Source: Candidatus Saccharimonadota bacterium (lineage in GTDB: Bacteria; Patescibacteriota; Saccharimonadia; Saccharimonadales; Saccharimonadaceae). Taken from it: DNA of 51,492 bases. Positions 17,688 to 26,418 of this stretch are shown piece after piece. The translations under genes were made by a program, and so were the position numbers. The notes under the pieces were generated by a model. The model searched no databases, was not told where the DNA came from, and worked only from the letters and a program-made list of their open reading frames with translations. Within the stretch, counting starts at the first letter, position 1, and every line of letters starts with the position of its first letter. The DNA lies in contig RZYF01000001.1 in assembly GCA_010014665.1 (NCBI GenBank), positions 1 to 51,492 on the forward strand, given 5' to 3'.

Positions 17688-19577
17688 ATAAAATATCTGA
17701 TACCAATCATTTCCTTAGCCCTAGCAACATGTTCCTATGCAGAACGTCTCCGCATGTACACACCGTCACGAGCCTCTGATGCAAACTATGGCAATAACGT
17801 CATAGCCGGCCCAGTGCGTGTAATAGACACAGACACACAGACAGGAAGCATTGAGCTTGATGGTATAGCCATTGAGAAATGGTCTGACCTATCTTCCACG
17901 ACAACTGGAGCTGTTACCAGTGTGTATGGTCGCAGTGGTGACGTGATTGCTCAGGAAGGTGATTACAGTTCGTTCTACGCTACGAATGGTACATCATATA
18001 CTAAGGGCGAAGCCAACATACTATTTCTCACAGACGCTCCGTCAGACGGCACACAGTATGCGCGGAAGGATGCGTCGTGGGTGGCTGTTGAATCTGGTGG
18101 TAGTACGAACATAGACGCAAACAGTATCTCAGGAAACGGCGATACAACTCCACTGGCTGTACTGAACTACGACACGATTGTTGCTAATGCATCCAATGGA
18201 AATACGGCATATGGTTGGGGGGATCATGCAACAGCAGGATATTTCAAAGCAGATGGTTCTGTTGCGCTGACAGGAGACATGGATGCTGGCGGGAATAGAG
18301 TAGAAAACATTACAGACCTATCTGCGAATGGATTGTTTGACAGGGACGGAAACAAAGCTATTGCGCTTGATCATACTGGAGATGCTACTAATAGCATTCT
18401 GATGTTTAAAAACCTAGACATGGGTGGATATGCTATTAGCAACACGGCATTAACGATTACAGAGTCTGATCCTGTGTGGACTGGTTACCTCGCCCTCGAT
18501 TTCACAAACGATGTGACAGCAATTGCCTCCGGTTTGGAAGGTATCGACGCTTCAATTGCAACAAATATAGCTGAGAATGTTCTCGGTGCGTCGTTGATTA
18601 GTTCCGATACGAATAGTGTTGCAAGTAAGCAATATGTGCTGGATACCGCGATAACAGGCGTAATAATCGACGGCGGGAGCGCAACGACAAACGCGGGGGT
18701 TGTGGCTTTGACGGTTAGTGGCGGCGCATCGCTACCCGCCGCAACATCCGGCCCCGGTGAGTACGCGCTAATCCGCACCGTGGGCGAAACGACAAACGAT
18801 GCGTGGCAGATCATACGCGGGCAGGTGTCGGACTATATCAACGCCTCTTATACCTGGACGCCGTGGGGTGTTACCAATAAATTCTATGCCAACGGCACGA
18901 ACGATCAGACGTACACAATCCCTGTCGGCGTGACACAGGTCGTTATTAAGTGCTGGGGCGCTGGTGGTGGCAACGGAAATAAGGCAGGGGGCGAAGGCGG
19001 AACGAGTTTTTGTCCCATCGAGGTACTTGGTGGCGACGTGCTGACAATGCGTGTTGGGCTGCCTGGAAGCGTTGTTGATAGTGGTACTATACAAGGGGGG
19101 TGGCCTGGCGGTGGATCAGCAAAATCGGCAAACGTAACAGCAAAAGACGGTAGCGGTGGCGGATATACAGCAGTTTTTTTTGGTACAAATATGATGGTGT
19201 TAGCAGGCGGCGGCGGAGGCGGTGGCTACTATGGCATTGGAGGCGCTGGCGGCGGGGCTACTGGTGGTAATGGAGTTGGAAGTTTTGGGGCCAGTGGTGG
19301 CTCGATAACAAATAGCGCTGGCTTTTTGTTAGGTGGAGACAACAATAACACATCGCATGGCGGCGGCGGAGGCGGCGGATATCATGGTGGCTTTGGGTGC
19401 GTAAGCGACTATAGTTCTCGGGGAGGCGCCGGCGGTGGCGGTTCTGGATACGTATCAATACCAATAGGCATTACCTATCAGGGGTGTATTACCGAGGACG
19501 CTGACTACGAAGCAGGCATTGGCGTAGCCTCGGGTAACGGAATGATCGTAATTCTACACAACACACCAACGGAGTAA
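17688..19577 (+). CDS. tail fibre with a C-terminal glycine-rich domain. First ATG is at 17754; the likely true start is an ATA at 17688.
   Basis: The frame is open from 17679. (I)KYLIPIISLALATCSYA followed by ER mirrors the signal-like N-termini of neighbouring fibre genes. AAGGA lies 6 nt upstream of the ATA. The C-terminus has IKCWGAGGGNGNKAGGEGG and several GGGGGGG runs. Confidence 0.6.
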   Translation: MKYLIPIISLALATCSYAERLRMYTPSRASDANYGNNVIAGPVRVIDTDTQTGSIELDGIAIEKWSDLSSTTTGAVTSVYGRSGDVIAQEGDYSSFYATNGTSYTKGEANILFLTDAPSDGTQYARKDASWVAVESGGSTNIDANSISGNGDTTPLAVLNYDTIVANASNGNTAYGWGDHATAGYFKADGSVALTGDMDAGGNRVENITDLSANGLFDRDGNKAIALDHTGDATNSILMFKNLDMGGYAISNTALTITESDPVWTGYLALDFTNDVTAIASGLEGIDASIATNIAENVLGASLISSDTNSVASKQYVLDTAITGVIIDGGSATTNAGVVALTVSGGASLPAATSGPGEYALIRTVGETTNDAWQIIRGQVSDYINASYTWTPWGVTNKFYANGTNDQTYTIPVGVTQVVIKCWGAGGGNGNKAGGEGGTSFCPIEVLGGDVLTMRVGLPGSVVDSGTIQGGWPGGGSAKSANVTAKDGSGGGYTAVFFGTNMMVLAGGGGGGGYYGIGGAGGGATGGNGVGSFGASGGSITNSAGFLLGGDNNNTSHGGGGGGGYHGGFGCVSDYSSRGGAGGGGSGYVSIPIGITYQGCITEDADYEAGIGVASGNGMIVILHNTPTE

Positions 19578-19581
19578 TTCA

Positions 19582-20115
19582 ATGAGAACCTTACTGATAA
19601 TCTGCGCAATCTGCGTAATCTGCGGACAAATTAACGCCGCCGAATACATCATCACTTACAAGGGTCAAATTCCATTTTGGGCGCCCGCTGACATTGAAGC
19701 GTACAGTTATGACGATTGGCAAAGTCTTACACCGGAGCTTAAAAGCTACAACCCGCCGCAATACCCGACCGTTGTGTTGCGCAACACACGTATCATGTCC
19801 ATCCAGCCCGGCTCATGGACAAATGCGCTTGCAGATATAACGACACAGCAGCAGACCGCCCGCGACGCAAACCTAACCCCCGCACAGATCACCGACCGCA
19901 ACACCTGCCTTGCAAACCTTGCGTCCCTGCTTGCCGACTTTGGCATACCTGTCCCGATCCAGCCAGCAACGGCCATGTCGCAGATGTTCGCATACTGGTC
20001 AGCGCATCCAGAGGACACAACGCTCACAGCCAAGGCGCAGCAGGTGCAGTTTCTTTATACCAGACTCCGCATCGAATACGGCATGACCGACCCGCAGATC
20101 GGTGGGCTGGAATGA
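19582..20115 (+). CDS. hypothetical protein with a signal-peptide-like N-terminus (177 aa), in the GC-rich island
   Basis: MRTLLIICAICVICGQINA followed by AE. Confidence 0.55.
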   Translation: MRTLLIICAICVICGQINAAEYIITYKGQIPFWAPADIEAYSYDDWQSLTPELKSYNPPQYPTVVLRNTRIMSIQPGSWTNALADITTQQQTARDANLTPAQITDRNTCLANLASLLADFGIPVPIQPATAMSQMFAYWSAHPEDTTLTAKAQQVQFLYTRLRIEYGMTDPQIGGLE

Positions 20116-20213
20116 CCATGTTGATCGAGGGATTTGACGAAATCACGGAATGGACAGGCGACGGAACAGTATGGTCGTTCCCGTGGGATCAGATGCCGGA
20201 GGATGTGAAATGA
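20112..20213 (+). CDS. small coupled ORF (33 aa)
   Basis: ATGA overlaps at both ends. MTMLIEGFDEITEWTGDGTVWSFPWDQMPEDVK. Confidence 0.35.
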   Translation: MTMLIEGFDEITEWTGDGTVWSFPWDQMPEDVK

Positions 20214-20578
20214 AACGCTCTTTTCTTGTTGTAGATGATTACGAGTCCGTCAGGCTGTCTGCGAAAGTGATCATCGAACGCTCTGGCCTTATAGATGTAG
20301 ACGTAGCTCGCTCCGGGGCGGAGGCTATAGAGATGTGTCGGTCAGTGCATTATGATGCTATCTTGATGGACGTATGTATGCCCGACATGGACGGTGTTAC
20401 CACGGCCAAGCATATACAACGGATTCAGCCGAAAGCACTTATATTCGGCTGGTCGGTTGATCCAGATATTGCAAAACGCATGGACAATGTATTCATCACC
20501 ACTCTTCACAAAGATTTGCGGCACGAATCCGTTACAGCAATTTGTGAACTAATAGACAGGATGTTGCGTTATGGGTGA
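20210..20578 (+). CDS. stand-alone CheY-like response-regulator receiver domain (122 aa)
   Basis: FLVVDD (acidic pair), ILMDVCMPDMDG (phospho-acceptor Asp), IFGWS (Ser/Thr), LHKD (Lys). GGAGGA SD 6 nt upstream of the ATG at 20210. Confidence 0.8.
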   Translation: MKRSFLVVDDYESVRLSAKVIIERSGLIDVDVARSGAEAIEMCRSVHYDAILMDVCMPDMDGVTTAKHIQRIQPKALIFGWSVDPDIAKRMDNVFITTLHKDLRHESVTAICELIDRMLRYG

Positions 20579-20912
20579 GCCCTGTCAGAATGAAGCGCGA
20601 ATCATCACGCTTGAACAGATGCAAAACGCGCAGAACTGCAAAATCGTAACGGGCGAAAAGGCTTATGACGCGCTGTTTAAAAGCAACGGCAATCCATCGT
20701 TTTCTGAGCGCGTGAGGGAAGTGGAAAAGAAGATTAAACTGATGGAGGATGTATCAGAGATCGTGATATGGGCACGTAACCGAATGGATGCAGAAAAGCT
20801 TGCGTCGCGTCATAAGGACTCGCTGTTGTGGACGATCATTGAGCGGTCAATACTGTTCTTCGTTCTCGGCTTTCTCGCCTACATCGCACACGAATTAGGA
20901 TTGAAAATATGA
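20571..20912 (+). CDS. protein with a C-terminal transmembrane segment (113 aa)
   Basis: C-terminus ILFFVLGFLAYIAHELG. Overlaps the receiver-gene stop. Confidence 0.5.
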   Translation: MGEPCQNEARIITLEQMQNAQNCKIVTGEKAYDALFKSNGNPSFSERVREVEKKIKLMEDVSEIVIWARNRMDAEKLASRHKDSLLWTIIERSILFFVLGFLAYIAHELGLKI

Positions 20913-21076
20913 CCGCATGGACATGGATTAAAGAGCACGTCAGGCCAGTGGCTTTCCTCCCGTCAAAATGGACTGGACATATCAGTCCCCGTGATATGCC
21001 CGTTGACCTAAAAGACGCCGTAAAGAAACAGGTGAGCAGAACGGTTTTTGGAATACAAATCAAATGGAGATTTTAA
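20909..21076 (+). CDS. small coupled ORF (55 aa; below the track cutoff)
   Basis: ATGA overlap with the upstream gene. My translation is MTAWTWIKEHVRPVAFLPSKW...IKWRF. Confidence 0.35.
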   Translation: MTAWTWIKEHVRPVAFLPSKWTGHISPRDMPVDLKDAVKKQVSRTVFGIQIKWRF

Positions 21077-21077
21077 C

Positions 21078-21464
21078 ATGAGAATGATTGCAGGATTATT
21101 AAGCGTTGCCATGTGTGCCGGATGCACAACATGGACGCCGGAACAGCATGTTCAGCGCGAGGGTCAGTATATTGCGCAGAAGCGCAACGTCGAAAATTTT
21201 GAAATCGTAGGGGCAAATGTGACCTTCATGATTACTGGCGCAACTCGCATCACGATGGCCCAGCCCGTCGCATCACTCGCGCCTATCGAAACGACGGCGC
21301 AGACCGCAATCAAAGAAGCTGCCGGAGTTGGCAAGGCACTCATTGCACAAACGCCTGTTGTCGCCGCCGCTGTGATTGCTAACGCCGCATTCAAGAACCC
21401 GACGACTACAGATACACGAATTGAGAATACAACCACCACAACCACAACAATGGGAGCTGAATAA
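21078..21464 (+). CDS. lipoprotein with a C-terminal hydrophobic segment (128 aa); unimolecular-spanin-like architecture
   Basis: MRMIAGLLSVAMCAGC is lipobox-like. The hydrophobic stretch ALIAQTPVVAAAVIANAAF lies near the C-terminus. Confidence 0.45.
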   Translation: MRMIAGLLSVAMCAGCTTWTPEQHVQREGQYIAQKRNVENFEIVGANVTFMITGATRITMAQPVASLAPIETTAQTAIKEAAGVGKALIAQTPVVAAAVIANAAFKNPTTTDTRIENTTTTTTTMGAE

Positions 21465-21865
21465 TGAAATCGATTGCACAGGCGGCCTTAGCATTAGCCA
21501 TGAAGTGTATTCCGTGGGACACAGTCTTTGTCTACGTGATCAACTACATCCTAGATAAATTTGTTAACGATGCAGGAAACAAAGAACTGTACAGCAAGGT
21601 CGTAAAGACCATGGGTCATGCCGGAGAGGCACTGGCCGTTGCGGAAAACTACTTGCAAGACGGAGTAATCACAAAAGAGGAAGCGCAGAGTGCGTCCGAA
21701 ATGGCCAAGGATATGCGTCTGAAACTGCTGTCCACGTGGAGCAATGCGGAGCCCAGCAAGGAAATTGAACAGGTGGTAAAAGCAGAAAATCCTGTTCTTG
21801 CCGAAAATCTGGCAAAGGTTGCCGAGATGCAGAAAGCGGTTGAATTCAAGGCTGGTAATGATTAG
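21464..21865 (+). CDS. small membrane protein, holin-like architecture (133 aa)
   Basis: Hydrophobic N-terminus SIAQAALALAMKCIPWDTVFVYVINYIL, then a charged tail. Confidence 0.4.
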   Translation: MKSIAQAALALAMKCIPWDTVFVYVINYILDKFVNDAGNKELYSKVVKTMGHAGEALAVAENYLQDGVITKEEAQSASEMAKDMRLKLLSTWSNAEPSKEIEQVVKAENPVLAENLAKVAEMQKAVEFKAGND

Positions 21866-22313
21866 TGTAATTGCAAATCCGCACAGAATATTGCAGATGG
21901 AAGAAGTTGCTCGTGGAGTCTTCTGGCTTCGCGAGCACGTTGACTACTTCGACCAGCATGGATGCCTTACGCGTGTTCCATGCGGGTTTGTGATGGATGG
22001 TTACAGTGTTCCGATTGTTGGTAGATGGTTGACAAAGTATGGATTGTCTGCAATTCCTTGTGCTATACATGATTGGGATTACTTAATGGGCAAGAAATTC
22101 GTAACAGCAAACAATGATCTTGTTCGTTCATCGATACTATGTGGCGAATCATCACGTGTAGCACATATTCTTGGTGTAGGAACTATGACGTTTGGATGGA
22201 TTCCATACATTGAATACAAAGTGCGTCGTAATCACAATCCTCACCTGTGGAAACAAAGAATAGCAAAAACTATAGAGCAAGCTATTAATATTGCAAAGGA
22301 CATCGTGACGTAA
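21858..22313 (+). CDS. DUF1353-like protein (151 aa; ORF 21798.. trimmed)
   Basis: GFVMDGYSVP ... AIHDWDY resembles the DUF1353 pattern. The ATG at 21858 overlaps the upstream stop. Confidence 0.45.
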   Translation: MISVIANPHRILQMEEVARGVFWLREHVDYFDQHGCLTRVPCGFVMDGYSVPIVGRWLTKYGLSAIPCAIHDWDYLMGKKFVTANNDLVRSSILCGESSRVAHILGVGTMTFGWIPYIEYKVRRNHNPHLWKQRIAKTIEQAINIAKDIVT

Positions 22314-24067
22314 TGCAACCACAACTACAAGATGGATTTGTCAGTTTATTGAAAGGTGCTAATTATAGCGTTGATCCAAATATCCTTCCAGATACACAGT
22401 ATAGCCGTGGACTAAACGTGACCAGCCGTGGAGGAATCGTAAGCACACGTCCTGCATTCAGTAAAGTATACGACATGTATTCATCGGGTTCATGGCAAGG
22501 ATGCGCTGTGTATCGTTTAAATGGTGCTGACAGGCTTGTATTCGTTGTTAGTGGCATAATCAAGAGTATGGTGCTTTCAACTGGAGTAGTTTCAACACAT
22601 GCAACATTTGCAACAACTGATTTCGATACAGCATACTTACGGCAAGTTGATAAATACTTTGTAGTACAGAATGGCATTGATGAACCTATCATTATCGATA
22701 TGGATATTGCATCTCCAAATGTTGTTGATCAAAGTGGATTAGACGAACAATACAGATTCAGGCGTGGAACAGTCATGGCTTATGGTCGTGGTCGTGCATA
22801 TGTAGCTGTAGACCGCGTGTGGGACACAGTAACAAGCACATGGGTTGAAGACATTGGCATTCGTCAATTTGTGTTTGGAGATTTAATCAAAGCCAACGCT
22901 ATATCTGATGTCATAAAGTTCGAGCAGGATACCATCATAAATGAAGGTGGAGCAATCATGTTGCAGAATGAACTAGGGTTCATTGGCGGCATGGAGTTCT
23001 TGCGTAACGCATCCACTGGCACTGGTATTGGATCATTAATCGTGTTTGGTCGTGATGGATGCTCTGGATACGATGTTGGTTTGATATACGATGGAACAAC
23101 AGTAACAGATAACACTGTTGGTCAGGTACTATTCACTGGTACCGGAACAGGAACAAAGAGTCCAATGTCTGTCATAGCAGTAAATAACGACATCGCATAT
23201 CGTGGAACTGATGGACTGCGAACGATGAGCTATACTGGAACAGCACTAACTGGCAATACTGGAAGCTTGTCATGCTTGCCAATGAGTACGGAAATTCAAT
23301 ACGCACTTGATATGGACGAAGATGATGATTTGAAATATGTTTCCGCAACATTTGTTGATAACCGCATGATGTTCACTACTGGTGGGCGAGAAGATGGTTC
23401 ATTCAGATGTTTGGGCGTGATGGACATGGCATCCGTTTCAGCACTTGGACAAGGGTCTGGAGCAATGTGGGATGGAATATGGACTGGACTCAACTTCATG
23501 TCTGTTGCCAAAGGATATATCAATGGTAAAGAAGTTCCATTAATAGTGCACAACAATGATGGCGCATACGAGCTATACACGCTTGCCAACGATGCTATAA
23601 CTACAGATACATCAAGGCTTTATACAAAAGGTTATACATTCACACTGGCTGATGTTGCAGGAATATTCGACGCAAAAGAATTTCTTGGAATAGAACTATG
23701 GATCAAGAATGTAATTGGTGATGTTTCCATAACTGCATATTACAAAGCCGACGGCTATGAGTTGTGGAATAAATGTACAACTATTGAAATTAAAGCAGAT
23801 TCAACTGGGTTATCACAAAATAGATACAGAATTTTATTGACACCTGACAAAGCTGCATGCAATTTATCCAATGAAAGGCTTGTAACTACAGGAACTTCTT
23901 TCCAATTTTGTTTACAATGGACTGGTACAATGAAGATTATAGAAGCAAGATTTGGTGCAGACCCAAATTCTTCAGAAATATCATATTGTCACGGAACTGA
24001 AACTGTTACCAAACTTGAACCAACAGACGACCAAATACTGCTGGATGATTTCATTAAGGAAATATGA
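22313..24067 (+). CDS. large tail-body protein candidate (584 aa)
   Basis: Position and size only. Confidence 0.5.
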   Translation: MQPQLQDGFVSLLKGANYSVDPNILPDTQYSRGLNVTSRGGIVSTRPAFSKVYDMYSSGSWQGCAVYRLNGADRLVFVVSGIIKSMVLSTGVVSTHATFATTDFDTAYLRQVDKYFVVQNGIDEPIIIDMDIASPNVVDQSGLDEQYRFRRGTVMAYGRGRAYVAVDRVWDTVTSTWVEDIGIRQFVFGDLIKANAISDVIKFEQDTIINEGGAIMLQNELGFIGGMEFLRNASTGTGIGSLIVFGRDGCSGYDVGLIYDGTTVTDNTVGQVLFTGTGTGTKSPMSVIAVNNDIAYRGTDGLRTMSYTGTALTGNTGSLSCLPMSTEIQYALDMDEDDDLKYVSATFVDNRMMFTTGGREDGSFRCLGVMDMASVSALGQGSGAMWDGIWTGLNFMSVAKGYINGKEVPLIVHNNDGAYELYTLANDAITTDTSRLYTKGYTFTLADVAGIFDAKEFLGIELWIKNVIGDVSITAYYKADGYELWNKCTTIEIKADSTGLSQNRYRILLTPDKAACNLSNERLVTTGTSFQFCLQWTGTMKIIEARFGADPNSSEISYCHGTETVTKLEPTDDQILLDDFIKEI

Positions 24068-25041
24068 TGAACACATTTTTAGACGCAAAGAAAACGATAG
24101 CAAAGTTTGTTGGTGGCGGTAAATGCTACGACAATGAAAATGTTGCATTGAGGGTTAACGAAGTCCACGAACGATTGATGGACATTGCTGATTGGTCATA
24201 CACTACAAAACAGATTCGCTTCTATGTAAACAATAACAGCATTGCAATGCCATACAACGTAGAACGGGTCATAAACGTCGATATAGACGGTGTTCCAAGC
24301 ATGGTACACAACAGAGCCTATGAGTTCTTGGAAGGTGGTGTTGGCGATATAAACACCAATGGACGCTATACTGGAAAGGATTTGGTAGACCTTGGAGAAG
24401 GATGGCCTACGTTCTATGAAATGCCAGACTATTTGCCATTGCTTGTATATTCAACTTCTAGTGGTGAAGGAAGTATAACCGTAAAAGGTCACGATGATAC
24501 TGGACTTGAAGTAAGCGAAGAAATTCCTATTCAACAGTTCAGTGGTGCAGTTGATGGACATATTGTTGGTACACCGATAACAAGCACGAAATCATTCCGT
24601 GATATTACATATGTTAAAAAGCCTACGACCACTGGATATGTAACATTGATGTCGTATGATTCTGAAACTCCTGAAATTTACTTTCTAAGCAAGTATGCAC
24701 CCAATGAGCAATATCCCGGATACAAACGTTATCGTGTTGCCGGTGCATGCATTGATAATAGCGGGAACGATACTGCGTACAATAACATTCTTTGCCAGTG
24801 CAAGATGAAGCATGTAAACATGATTGACGATGACGAAGTGTTGATCATACAGAATCTGGCGGCTATCAAACAAATGGCAATAGCAATTCGTGAAGAAGAA
24901 GCCAATCGGTTTGACAATGCGGCTAGATATGAAGCAAAAGCAATACAGTTATTGGATCGTCAGTTAGGAAATGTTCAGGCAAAACAAACAATCGTTCAAG
25001 TAAAGCCAGCACACGGGTTCAAGAACAGCTTTATAATGTGA
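24064..25041 (+). CDS. tail/adaptor protein candidate (325 aa)
   Basis: ATGA-coupled to the upstream gene. Position only. Confidence 0.5.
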   Translation: MMNTFLDAKKTIAKFVGGGKCYDNENVALRVNEVHERLMDIADWSYTTKQIRFYVNNNSIAMPYNVERVINVDIDGVPSMVHNRAYEFLEGGVGDINTNGRYTGKDLVDLGEGWPTFYEMPDYLPLLVYSTSSGEGSITVKGHDDTGLEVSEEIPIQQFSGAVDGHIVGTPITSTKSFRDITYVKKPTTTGYVTLMSYDSETPEIYFLSKYAPNEQYPGYKRYRVAGACIDNSGNDTAYNNILCQCKMKHVNMIDDDEVLIIQNLAAIKQMAIAIREEEANRFDNAARYEAKAIQLLDRQLGNVQAKQTIVQVKPAHGFKNSFIM

Positions 25042-25048
25042 GGTAATT

Positions 25049-26416
25049 ATGGCCAGTATCGACCAACTTAATGATATATACAGAGACGCACTTGGAAGAG
25101 ATGTTGATGCATCTGGTATTGCAAGTTATTCTGGAATGGATGTTCGCGACGTATGGGATGCCGTACTTGGAAGTCAGGAATATAAAAACAGAACTATTCA
25201 GGCAAAGGTGGATGCTGGTGCTTCTGGTTATGACAACTGGATTGCAGAAGGAAATACTACTTCTACAGAATTCAAATCGTCATCAGCTGGAGACATTGTT
25301 GCCGTAGACCCAAATCAGATCATGGGTAGCGAATACAAACATATTGGCTATTCCAATGGAAGAAAGCTTTACGTAGATGAAGGTGATGGTGGTGACTCTG
25401 GCATGTTTGGTGGATGGGGAGCAACCATCGGTGCTGTTGTTGGTGGTGCTATTGCCGCTTATTTCACTGCTGGAACTGGCACGGCGGCTGGTTCGGCGGC
25501 TGGTGCGGCCATTATGGGTGGAGCAGAAGAATATGAAAAGAATCATGATTGGGGAGACGCGCTTCAGGAAGCTGGATACTCTGGAGTAAAGGGGTATATT
25601 GGAGGATATGCGGCAGGAATTGGAAATGTTGGATATGCGGCGGCTGTTGGCGGAGTTGGTAATGCGCTTGTAACAAAAGCTGAGGGCGGAGATTGGAGCA
25701 ATGCGGCTAAATCAGGAGCAATAGCTGGAGCAATGGCTGGTGCGGCTTCTTGGTCGCAAAATGGTGGAGCATGGGAAAAGACTGGTGGCGTTGACTGGAC
25801 TGCTGGTGGAACATATGGTACTGGTTACGGCATGTGGGGAAGCAGGTTCAATACGGCTCCTGTTGGCAGTGTGGCACAGCAGGCGTCAATTGCTGGACGA
25901 TCAAATATAAGTCAGACAAGCGGAATAACAGCAGATGGATACACTACTGGTGCATCTCAAGTTGCTGGATCGAGTACGACAGGAAGCGTAACAGATGCAG
26001 TTGCAAAAACAGGAATGGCTAGTAGGTATGGTGGTGGTACACAAATGCCAACTACAAAGGTTTCTAGTTCAGGAATGATGACAAACAGGCTGATGTCTGG
26101 ATCATCAGAATCGTCTTTGGCACAAGCATCTGCTTTATCGTCAGGTGAAGGAGCATCTTCTGGATTGTTTGGAACTGGATATAATGCAATGGAACTGTTA
26201 ACAGGAGCAAGCATTGCAGTGCAAGGTGTTGGAACTGTCATGAACTATATTAACCAAGAAGACGAACTTTCTCCTGAAGAGGAAGCTGATAGACAGATAA
26301 GATATTGGAACGCTTTAGCGAACGCTGGATATGGCAGTAGTGTTCCAGGTTCAGATTCGACCACACCAACAACTCCGGGTTCTGTTTACAAATCAGGAAG
26401 TATAACAAAAGGTTAA
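25049..26416 (+). CDS. internal/ejection-type protein: DUF4214-like N-terminus plus a Gly/Ala-rich hydrophobic body (455 aa)
   Basis: LNDIYRDALGRDVDASGIASYSG...LGSQEYKNR resembles DUF4214. Long G/A-rich stretches follow. Confidence 0.5.
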   Translation: MASIDQLNDIYRDALGRDVDASGIASYSGMDVRDVWDAVLGSQEYKNRTIQAKVDAGASGYDNWIAEGNTTSTEFKSSSAGDIVAVDPNQIMGSEYKHIGYSNGRKLYVDEGDGGDSGMFGGWGATIGAVVGGAIAAYFTAGTGTAAGSAAGAAIMGGAEEYEKNHDWGDALQEAGYSGVKGYIGGYAAGIGNVGYAAAVGGVGNALVTKAEGGDWSNAAKSGAIAGAMAGAASWSQNGGAWEKTGGVDWTAGGTYGTGYGMWGSRFNTAPVGSVAQQASIAGRSNISQTSGITADGYTTGASQVAGSSTTGSVTDAVAKTGMASRYGGGTQMPTTKVSSSGMMTNRLMSGSSESSLAQASALSSGEGASSGLFGTGYNAMELLTGASIAVQGVGTVMNYINQEDELSPEEEADRQIRYWNALANAGYGSSVPGSDSTTPTTPGSVYKSGSITKG

Positions 26417-26418
26417 TC

